DNA of 64,000 nucleotides from Bispira polyomma (lineage: Eukaryota), in the NCBI GenBank assembly GCA_965649765.1, contig OZ287748.1, positions 68,324,001-68,388,000 of the forward strand. Reading direction: 5' to 3'. This document shows positions 53,643 through 64,000 of the stretch, one piece after another (positions within the stretch are counted from its first letter, which is position 1; every line of letters starts with the position of its first letter). The notes under the pieces are model-generated. The model was not told where the DNA came from. It saw only the letters and a list, made by a program, of their open reading frames with translations, and did not search any database. Made by a program: the position numbers and the translations under genes.

Positions 53643-54991
53643 GTGAGTAAAGAACAAGAATTGTCTTTTTTTAAACATCAGCGCCCAGGGTGACTGACAC
53701 CCCTTAGTTTGGTCCAAAGTGCATGAAATAATAGATACTCATTCTGCACTATTGGGATGGGAACCCGTGTTCCACTAGTATATATACCTTCCTCAGTGCA
53801 CGTTTTCGGGCTGTGCATGATAATCGCCTGATAATCTAAATCTGGCACCAATTAATGAAGGTCCTACATATTTCCAGCATGGTGGTGCCCTTTACACAGT
53901 AAACACCTCCCTATGGCGAACACCTTTTTCGTGGTCATATTTTGATACTTGTGAATTTGTACAGTACCTGGGTCCCATGAGTGTGTTCTATATTGAGGTT
54001 TTAATATATGTGTTATATATTTTCCTGCCACTCTGGTCAAGAGAGTAAACATGTTGTGTTTAGGATCAGATCACATGGGTTCAATACCAATCTAGGATTT
54101 CCCCCTACAGTCAGATAAATGCTTCAATAAAAAAAGGTTATTTTTATCCATGATTTTTTAAAAAAAATGCACATACATGGTGATGTCATGTATGAAATCT
54201 TCTGAGCCTTGTAAAATATAAAAAACTGCTACCCAAAACACCATCTGTGAGAAAAGACCACATAAGACCGTCAAAGGCCAAAAAATGTTTTCTCTGTCCA
54301 GTATTGTCTAACTTTGGAATTTTGTCACTTCCTAACTGATAACCTTACTTGGCTTGTGAACCGGCCTTTTAAATACAGCACCAGGTTACAAACCAAAATC
54401 AAATATGCATACAGACATTGCAATATAAATCGAGATATTAAGCAGCCAGCTGTGTATATTCGAGCGTGCACTATGTCATGTTTGATGGGGCTGCTTGCTT
54501 TGTGAGGAGTTATGTAATTCCTCACGTGTGTACTACCTGAAACTACATAACACTGTGTAGTCTTTTTTTCACAACATGTATGTGTATATATTATACGTTT
54601 GCTATACTGATGAATAAATAGTTACTTACATTTCTAGAAACCTTTATCAATTCCAGTCACAGTGTAATCCCATTAAGTTGAATATTAAGGAACCATACAA
54701 AATTGTTCTACTTAACAGTAATTCTACTTAACAGGGTAAATTTTATTCAAAAATATAGCAATGGGACCTTATAATAACTTTTACTTAACAGATGATTCAA
54801 ATCATCACTCCTACTTATAGGTAGGTGCTTCACTGTACAACGTCTTTTAATGAAACCTGTATAGCAACTTCGTGAATTAACAAAGTTAAAATTTAGAAAA
54901 ACCATTGATTTTGTATGGGGCATTTTTATATGTACATGAAAGTAACATGATTAATATGTCCCCTGTCATTGGTAATAATCATCTCTCTTCT

Positions 54992-55226
54992 AGGAGGTTA
55001 TGTTTTTCCAGGTTATGTTTGTTTGTTTGTTTGTCACGAGATTGCAAAAAAAACAAAAAAAAAAAAAAAACACTACTGCACAGATACACTCTACCTTTTC
55101 TGGAGTAAATTCCACTTAGGCCATGTGACAATCTAGCAAATTTTGAAATAGCGCTGTGAACAAGAGTAGATCCAGACGTGTTTTCACCTTTGGTGCAGGC
55201 ATCTGCTCTACTGACTGCTTTTCTAG
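54992..55226 (+). mobile_element. Short interspersed repeat, possibly Helitron/Helentron-derived
   Basis: aggttatgtttt head, (gttt)n tract and ...gctttctagt end; similar heads near 40816, 41147 and 49052. Class assignment is inference. Confidence 0.4.
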
Positions 55227-56429
55227 TTTCTTATGAAATATAACAATCCAAATTTTTTTAAAAAGACAGTAAATGTACCACAATCCCAAATCTGCAGATG
55301 TGGACTATCATATGACTGCAGTTTTGTTACAGTTTTAAGTTGAGGGAATCATACATCACATCAAAGGTTTCTTCTAACTACCAATCTAGTTGTGTCCCCC
55401 CCAAAAAACAACACCAAACAAAGACTTGTGGGCCGTTTCTGTCAGCAGAAATGCTTGTTTATGGAGGGTTGTACATCTCCATTACAGTTCTACTAAGGAC
55501 CATTCAAGGGTTGGTCAACTGTTCCCTTTGATCGTCATACTTTTTATATGCTTGGTTTGAGTAACAGACAAAACACAATCTAATAAGTGTAGCGTCAGTG
55601 AGATCAAATAGCATCAAACACAAAACTGATTTATTTGATTGTATTATCAACAAGAACACTCACATTTTTTTTTATTTTGGATATCTCTATGCTTTTACTT
55701 AATTGGAACAAAGAGACTATGTTTGCACATTTCTGATGCTATTTTTTTTTTATTAACTAAAAACTGGCATGAAAGATATCATAATTCACAAACACATAGT
55801 ATTTTTAGGAACAACGTGGGCGAAAAACGTTTTTTTTTTTCATTTTGACAGTAGTACTAATCAAGATTTACGAATGCCATTTTCAAATAAATATCAATGT
55901 TATACATTTACATAATAAAATATTCTTGTGACACTGAATGATATAAATGTATCCACACTAAGTGTCAAATAGAAAAAAAAGGGTACACTTTTTTCAGTTC
56001 ACCACAATCTGACTACTGAACAATAATTTTGATAGAATACGACATGGCGCAATATCAAGCAATGGCCGATAATACTAAGCTGACATCCCTTAGCTACGCC
56101 ACCGCTTACATATCAGGAAGTAAAAATGGGTACCCTTTTTTAACTGTATATATCGGATGAAAAGAAGCACAATGTCAGAATGTGCTAAAAGGAAGCTTAG
56201 GCTAATTCTCCACTAACCAGTAACCCGTTGCTTTGAGAAAACTTGATCAGCCAATCAAGACAAATCTTTGTGCCAGGTAATAGTAGAAAGATAGTTTAAC
56301 CATGATAAAAAAAACTTTAACTCTCTTTATAGAACCCATGTTTTTTTTAATTGATTTGGATTCTATGTAATGTGACACATCCTTGGTCAAATTGTGATGG
56401 CTAGATGTATTGGTGGAGGAAAGTAGTAC

Positions 56430-56646
56430 TACACGGGCGGTCGCCATGTTGGCCTGGTCATAATGTTGTCCGTTGCATTTTTAACAAACTTACAGACGGA
56501 AATAAATATTGAAAGCACATGCTACTTTAAGTCTATGAATTAAAGTACAGAATACTATATTTTATTTTTGAAAAATCTACGTTTTATATATAGAATTGTG
56601 CATCAACCAATATTGTGACCCGACCACTACTGTGACCGCCCATGTA
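56430..56646. mobile_element. MITE (~215 bp) with imperfect 39-bp TIRs, TA-bounded
   Basis: tacacgggcggtcgccatgttggcctggtcataatgttg vs caatattgtgacccgaccactactgtgaccgcccatgta. Confidence 0.7.
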
Positions 56647-57887
56647 TTTGTGGTGCAAACCACCAACCTACCATAAAAACCTTACAAACTGGTCGCCATT
56701 AGGGAAGCACTAGGATTCAATCCTACTGTCCCTACAGATAAGAGACTAGTGATATTAAAGCAGATTCTTTTAACCAAAAAATGCCTAATAATCGGTAAAA
56801 TATAAAGTACCTATATAACACTAATTTTGTTTTAATACAGACTTTGGATCCAAAACGGGTCAGATTACTTGTTAAATGGAAAAAAAATCATATTTAAAGT
56901 TACTATCTAATATGGCTGTCCTGTCCACTAAGCTGTCCACCGTTGTAAATATGGAGAGCCTTCATAGATTATTTGGAAGCAATCAACCCGTCCAAACTGA
57001 GGGTTATCAGATTTGGATATAGCATACAGTGGCAATATCAACGTCAGTGTATTTCACACTATGCGCTTGTGTTTCTTTTAAAAGACCACTCTTGTGACTG
57101 CCGATTTCTGTGAAAAAAAGGGCTAACTGTCGTGAATGTAGTTTTTATATTGATATTTATAGCCTGTGTTGTAATGGAGGTTGGTTAGGGATATATATGA
57201 CCTAATAAGCTCTAAGATTACACAATGTACTAAAAGATATCATTAGAACAGAAATTAAATAGTTTTGTCCTTATTTTGAACATTTTAGTTATTGCTAATA
57301 TAAATTCTGAGAGCCTGAATCTCTTAATATAAGTACCTGAAAAATTCTTTATTCCCGGTCCAAACAAACACTTGCCTGGTACTAATAATGAGAATGGATA
57401 TGGGTTTAAGAATAAAATATATCATATGGAGATGAATTGCATCCGTTGGAAGATGCCTTTTGCATCAATAAACTGTGTTGAAAAATAAAAAATACAATAC
57501 AATAAAATTTTTGCATACCGAAAACTGATCCATCGATGGTAACTCGATAGAGTGCATACCTCTCCACCAATGTGGCAAAAAGTAAAGAAAAAAAATCATG
57601 AATCTGCTCAAACATTTAATTATCTCCATCTCTCTATCAAATATCATGTAAATAAGTGAAGCCATTTTCTTGTAATCTGTGTAACAAACAAACACAGGTA
57701 AAAGCATAAATCACACACCTTTTAAAAACCATTAAATTTAAAGGCAGAACCCGGTATAGCTAAGTGAGTACTAAGTTCTTACAATGGAATTTAATGAGTA
57801 TATACCCCCCTTTTTCCCCCAAAGCTACTCCAAAGTTATTTATCCAATAGTCTTCGCACTGAAGCAAGGATTACAGGGTTTAGGGAA

Positions 57888-58065
57888 CAAAAGCTCAAAA
57901 CACATCTGTATCAGCTCGCTTTTCTGCCTAAACATTTGTCTGTTGGTCACGACTGAACTCTGATCACGAACCTTTTTTCCTTTGGACTATTTTTTTGCAT
58001 ACTGATTTGGTTGTGTGCCACAGAGGATGGCAGGTCATCAATTGTGGCACTATAGAAGTAAATAT
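57888..58065 (+). mobile_element. L2-like LINE 3' tail fragment
   Basis: aaagctcaaaacacatctgtatcagct...ggtcacgactgaa.tctgatcacgaacc shared with ~46640-46722. Confidence 0.75.
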
Positions 58066-58079
58066 CATTAACATTGCCA

Positions 58080-58337
58080 GGGGCCGCGGTGGCCTAGTTG
58101 CTGGCAAGCAATGCGCTTCACAATCACTGGTCTCTCACTTATGGGCAGCGTGAGTTCGAATCCCGTCGATGCCTATGTGGAAAAGGTGGTAGTTCCTCAC
58201 TGTGGGCCGCTGGTTTCAGTGCAGAATCTTGATCAACTGTATGCAGTGTTTCCTCCAGCATTTCAAACTACCCGTCCCAATATAACCTAAACAGGTATTA
58301 TAGTAGACGTTAAATATCCAAATTCCCCCCAAAAAAA
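58080..58337 (+). mobile_element. Full-length tRNA-derived SINE
   Basis: Highly similar over its whole length to 48422-48675; degenerate TSD attaacattgcca / attaacataacca. Confidence 0.92.
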
Positions 58338-58765
58338 TTTATTAACATAACCATGTAGAAGAACTATTAAGTAAATATATTATGCAAAACCAAATTTTTT
58401 ACAAAGGATGGGATAACTGGAAATTACTGAGTAAAGAATTTTAATTAATGGAAAAAATAGCCAACCAAAAATAGTAGACTCAATATCTCTCTTTTATCTT
58501 TGTCTGTGATTTTTATATTACAACATTGTATTAAAAAAACCTTATCTCCTTTTGGATATGCTGTCTCAAGATGAACTTTGAGAGGTCCATGTCTGCCGTT
58601 TAAGCTCATACCATTCTGATTTGCTATCCCGTGGCCGAGGTTTGCACTTTACCGAATGCTCTTGTTTAGAATTACTTAACCATACTCATGTTTTGTAGGA
58701 GGTGCATCCTTTACTATCTACTCTGTTTTTTATGTACATATGTATTTTATAACATTATGTTCCAG

Positions 58766-58900
58766 GTATCAAGCCCGAGCTTTACACACGTAAAGATACA
58801 GTACTCAGACAGGAATCCAGCTTTGCCAGCCTGGGCAGGCTTCACCTGAGGCTGAAGTATGACTTTCGTACATCTGACCTCATTGTTCATCTTATTGAAG
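58766..58900 (+). CDS. Synaptotagmin-family protein, coding exon 3 (start of C2A); not in the ORF track
   Basis: ttccag|GT ATC AAG CCC GAG CTT TAC: GIKPELY...LGRLHLRLKYDFRTSDLIVHLIE; donor GAAG|gtaaga; 135 nt, phase 1-1. Confidence 0.93.
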
Positions 58901-59782
58901 GTAAGAAGAATCTACACTGACACCTGTCTGAAGGGTTAATTCAAAGGTAATTTGTTACAGTTGTATTGAACCCTGTTATGTTTCTGCCAAAAAGAACAGC
59001 ATACATTACTGACAGGGGGTTACTACAAACGACACATAACTGTATTAAGATAATATGGTTAATGTTTTAATCGTTTGTCAAAAAATAATAATTCATTATT
59101 CTAGTACTTTGTATTTCAGTGAAAGGTTTATTTTACGGAAAGTTAGGGTAACTTTGATAAAGCCAGTTGATAAGGTCAGGCAATATTGAGCCCGACTTTC
59201 AATATGTGCTAAAGTGGGTGTTACCAACAAGTATACATGATGCAGTATACAAAAGTGGGGTAAATAAACATGTAAATATAGTATTGGTGAGTTAGTGGGG
59301 AAGATACTCACTTTGAAATGCAAAAGAACTTGGATCAATCCTAAGCCTGGGACTGGCGGTCCTCTGTCCTTCAATCCTATCGTTAATCTCAGGTTAAAGG
59401 CATGTTGACCAATACAAATTAGAATAAGATCGTATTCACAAGTCAATTCTTAATTAAAAATTTTTAATTTCTTTGCCAAGACTTTTGAATAAAATTGTAG
59501 GTACACATGTTTTATGATAATCAAGTGACGATTGCTTAGAATACTCTCATCTTCAGAAAATTAAAATACTAAGAATTTAGTGAATGTCAATATTCTTATA
59601 CAATGTACTTAAAATTAATCTTAGAAATCATTAATTTCCTAAAAATAGTTCTAAGTACAAGAATCACTCTAAGAATGATTCCTAATTACAACTAATTACA
59701 GTCTTTAAGAAACAGCTCAAAACATATGTAGATCACCTTGCTTTTTTACCTGAATATTCATCTGGGTTTTTTTTTATCTTAG

Positions 59783-60096
59783 CCCAAGACCTGAATTCCT
59801 GTGACCCGGCCTCGACCTTCGCTGACCCCTTTGTAAAGCTGCAGCTGGAACCCCCTTTGGACAACAAGGTGCGCCAATCGTCCATCAAGAGGCTGGCCAG
59901 ACACCCGGTGTTCGATGAATACTTTAAGTTCCCTGTAGGCTTTGAAGAACTGAGGGACAAAGTACTGACCTTGATGGTGTTTGACTTTGACAAGTACTCA
60001 CACAGTGAGCTGGTGGGTGAGGTCAAGGTTGACTTCTGTACCACTGACGTCAGCACTACCGTGGAGGTGTGGTGTGATGTAGAACCGGCTAGTGAG
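59783..60096 (+). CDS. Synaptotagmin-family protein, coding exon 4 (C2A body)
   Basis: tcttag|CC CAA GAC: AQDL...DPFVK...HPVFDEYFKF...VFDFDKYSHSELVGEV...W; donor GAG|gtatgt. Confidence 0.96.
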
Positions 60097-61004
60097 GTAT
60101 GTCCAGTTTGGGTTGCAAGTTTACTACATGTTGTGTCATATCACGATGGGGAGTTTAATTTACAGTGTCTGACCTACTGTTTTAAGTCAATATGACATGC
60201 ATATGCAATAAGAAGACTGTGATTGGGCATATTAGTTTATTATATTATGTTACATCTTCCCACTATTAACAGACTATATATGTATTTAAAGGTTAAGGCC
60301 ACCTTAAATTGATGCTTTAGGTTACTGGCATAAGTTTAAATTTATGCCTTACTTTAAGATCAGTTTAATAATTACTTGCTTTAAGGTAATCTTTTACATA
60401 TAACTTTACTTTAATTAGGGTGGTTTTAACATTTTGACAAAGAGTACTTATTAGTTTTTTATAGTGCATAAAAATAGTATTTCAATTTATTTGATGAAAT
60501 AAAAGCACTGAACCCCAACTAAGACCCTTCCAGTTAGTTTTGTTAGTTCAGATTTTGTGGTATATCACAATAGGCTAGTCATAAAACAGGGTAGTTGGTT
60601 AAGGTTTTTTTGCTCTAGAAACTACTTTGCCTTCAGCAAGTCTAGTGGCAAATTTCCTAAATACTTACCAGGGTCGGGAGATTTAACTCCATGATGGCAG
60701 AGATGGAAATACCACCAAAGCCATGATGATGTATGATGGTTGTTTTGCTGTCCAGTCTATGAAAAAGTATAACTAGGCCATGACTAAATGCATTAGCACA
60801 TTAGGGGATTTTTATCAATTTTGCGCATTATAAATGTTTATTATTATTAGATTATTATTAAATATTGAAGCGGGTCCAGGTAAAAGGGCGGATCCAGGGA
60901 ATCATTTCACCTTTTGGTAGTGTGGTACTTTAATGGAGGTATGTGCTAGTGCCTTTGTAGTTAATATACAGTCATATTGTACATAGTTCCTTCTGATTTC
61001 TTAG

Positions 61005-61125
61005 AATATAGACAAAGGTGGAGAACTCCTGATTTCACTGAGTTACCTGCCCACTGCAGAAAGGCTGACAATCGTTATTATGAAGGCAAGGAATTTGAGA
61101 CAGCCTCGAGCAGCCAGCAAGATAG
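61005..61125 (+). CDS. Synaptotagmin-family protein, coding exon 5 (start of C2B); not in the ORF track
   Basis: ttcttag|AAT: NIDKGGELLISLSYLPTAERLTIVIMKARNLRQPRAASKI; donor ATAG|gtaggt; 121 nt. Confidence 0.95.
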
Positions 61126-61994
61126 GTAGGTCAAATATCACAGACTAAAACGTATGGCAGAGTATGACAAATAACTTTTAGAAAGATATGGTATATATTT
61201 CAAAGCTTTTGTCTCTCATCAGCAACCTTAAGAGGGGAAAGAGCCTTTCTGTTGCCTCAGTAAATCCAACCAAGAGGGCTGAATCTAGAGTTTTCTCTAT
61301 TGCTGCTCCTACTTTATTGAATAGTCTCTCCGTTTAGCTTTAGATAACTTGAAACACTTTCTTGGTTCAGGAAAAAAAATATATCTTTTTAAACTCGCTT
61401 ATTCCCCTTTACTTCCATCCCTGTACACCCCCACACCCTTCATTACGACCGTGCCTATGTTTTAGAGTCTTGATTGATCAACCTATTCTGGTGTGTGCTT
61501 CAGAAGCTATGCATGACCTCCCCTATATATATACATATATATATATATCACCGTTTTGGACTTGAAGTCAAAGGGACAACATTTACACAAATCTGTATGT
61601 GGAGGGACCATATTTTAGCTTTTGTAATAATTTAAATTTTTAATTGAGATAATTTAGACGTTTTAGCTAACATACCAAAAGGGTCACATTGTTTATTTTC
61701 AAAAATAGTAATGGCAATTACTAGGTTAGTGTAACACAGCTTGAACTATAGCAGAACTTTAAGACATGTTACACTGAAAAAATGGGTACATTTTTTTCAT
61801 TAGGAATCCTTAACTTTAGCTAGATACTCACAGATAAACTTGGACAGTGACAATTTATTCAAAAAGGAATATTTAAATTGGTAATGGTCATTGTCCCAAT
61901 AATTTGGCCAGGTATTAGACTGTAAATTGTAAATACTGACAAAGACTGACAGACACCTGACATTAAGTCCCAATTACAAATAATTATAGGCTTC

Positions 61995-62165
61995 ACAGAA
62001 AAGCTCTGTATCGACTCTTTTTCCGCCTTAACATTCGTCTACCAGTTACGACTAAACTCTAATCACGAACCATTCCTGCTAATGGACTATTATTTTGCAT
62101 ATTGACCGAGCTATGCACCACAGAAGATGCCTGGTCATCGATTGTGCCACTATAGAAGTAAAACA
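61995..62165 (+). mobile_element. L2-like LINE 3' tail fragment (third copy)
   Basis: acgactaaactctaatcacgaacc...tggactat...cactatagaagtaaa shared with 57888-58065. Confidence 0.7.
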
Positions 62166-63649
62166 TTTACATACTTTCACATACATTTTGACTTTATGCA
62201 ATTTTTGCTTTGCAGTTTTTCAGTCCTAAAAAACCAAAATCTCAGTTTCTTGCTGGGAATCAATTGTTTGTAGAATAGGCTACAGGCTGAGTGCTAATGT
62301 TTTGATTACAGTGAACTCATTTAAATTAAACATCAATTGGCTATGTGCAATACTTCTGCTTAAGTTAGTTTTTGCACCGTTTTTGGCAGCATGGCTAGTA
62401 TGCTTCCTGAGGAAGCTGAGACTGAACAATTGGTTGACAAGTGGAAGAACCCAGTAATAATGTCAAATTATATTACATAACAGTGACATTTATAAATGCG
62501 CTATATCAAAATAATAATAATAATTATACTTATTATAATTATGCATGTATTATTATTTATCAGTGTAGAATAACCTATAGCACACCCCACTTATAATCCT
62601 TATATACCCCGCAGAAAGGTCATGCGTATTTTAGTGGAAAATCAAGTATGACACAATAATAGAATTAATCTTCTTAGCCAATTCACCCAGTCTATTTGCT
62701 AAAGGGAGTTTTGTCAGTTTCAATATACAGATATATGAGGTCTTCACAGATTGTGGGTTAGATTACATGAACAAGGAGTTTTCCTTTTGTGTCACATTAA
62801 CTTACTTTCTGTCTAATTTGATCCTATATATTCTCTTAAGAAACTCTTAAGTTCATACTCAGACTCAATTCAAGTGAAGGCTATCTGTAACTTCTGTTTA
62901 TGGAAATAACCCACACTTGTGACCATTCATTTTAATGGAGTTTTCAAGGCTGAATTCAAATATGCAGCCAGATTGCATTTATTTTTCCTCCCACCAGAAA
63001 TGGAGAAACTTTTGAATTAAGCTTAAGTTGCAGAGAATAAGGACATTGGGGTCTGTCCATCCACTCACTAAATCCGGAGGCAATATTTGAGAGAACAAGA
63101 AAAATTGTATATTCTACTTTATGGTGTAAAACAATTGCTTTCCATTTGTTTTTGCTTTCTCTAGCTATGTTATAAATGATAACTATTTGTATCTACAAAA
63201 ATAACATTTTGTTTAGAAATGATACACCTTTATTCAAGTAAACACAAATATAAATACCTAGAACTGAAAATTCGATTTTAAACCTTCACAGTTTCATTGT
63301 GGTGTGAAACTAGATTCTGCATTCTCCCACAAATTGCACCTGGTATGTAACTATGGTAAACAGGTTTTGTTAAACTTTTCTAATTACGAGATGTAACTAT
63401 GCTAATTTGTATATACGGTACATATATATATATGTATCTGTGAATCGTACTGACATAAAACCCTTCACAATTAATGATATAACCCACAGTGCAATATCTA
63501 ACTACCTCTAACTATATTATGTGTATACTGTTATAAGTGTTAATTTTACAATTGCCATAAATTTACGATTGCTTTGTTAAAAAAAACATCAATTTCTTTG
63601 GGAAATTATTTTCACCATAATTCTGTTCTATTCTCTCAATCTCACACAG

Positions 63650-63954
63650 ATCCTGTGGCTCGCATCACACTATTGGTGGAAGGAAAGCCAATCAAGCGTA
63701 AGAAGACATCCGTGCACAAATCTGCCATCAACCCGGTGTGGAACGAAGCCTTTGTCTTCAATGTCCCGCCCCACATTCTGGATAGCACCTCTCTGGATAT
63801 TTCCATCTCTGACCGTGACCTGCTGGGGCCGGGAGGAGGGTTGGGGACTTGTCTGATAGGGTCGGGTCGCCCCGGACTCGAGGGCCAGCACTGGGCGGAA
63901 ATGAAGAACAATGTCAGAAAGGCTGTTGCCAAGTGGCAACCACTGCACGTTTGA
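63650..63954 (+). CDS. Synaptotagmin-family protein, coding exon 6 (C2B body, stop)
   Basis: cacacag|AT CCT: DPVARI...KRKKTSV...NPVWNEAFVF...HW.EM....RKAVAKWQPL, typical synaptotagmin C2B end. Six exons total 1341 nt = 446 aa + stop. Confidence 0.96.
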
Positions 63955-64000
63955 TTGGTTACTGTATATAGAATTCTATTATATATATACCACAGCTGAA

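Noticed and set aside
59733-63948. Minus-strand ORFs 59733..60056, 63642..63932, 63670..63948
   Set aside because: Antisense shadows of synaptotagmin exons.

Overview
AT-rich eukaryotic genomic DNA with spliceosomal introns. The repeat content suggests a marine invertebrate, but that is inference. No CRISPR arrays, rRNA or genuine tRNA genes were seen. (1) A minus-strand four-exon gene of unknown function (9036-1124, about 588 aa by my hand-built model). Its third exon begins inside a 54-bp minisatellite in which every unit carries an in-frame splice acceptor and every third unit also carries a GTATGT donor. (2) Two orphan hydrophobic ORFs: a short one near 11.6 kb, and an intronless 174-aa signal-peptide/TM ORF at 14199-14723. 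(3) A degenerate 4.27-kb Academ-type DNA transposon (18764-23031) with ~400-bp TIRs, a 3-bp TSD and a broken transposase-XPG-like-Cys-finger frame. (4) A long non-coding tract with an old three-copy tandem duplication (about 36-49 kb), hAT- and Harbinger-type MITEs, tRNA-derived SINEs, L2-like 3' ends and several hairpins. (5) A complete six-coding-exon synaptotagmin-family gene (51597-63954, 446 aa; TM-C2A-C2B) with a degenerate C2B calcium site. Exon models were derived by eye from GT/AG signals and phase compatibility and need transcript evidence.
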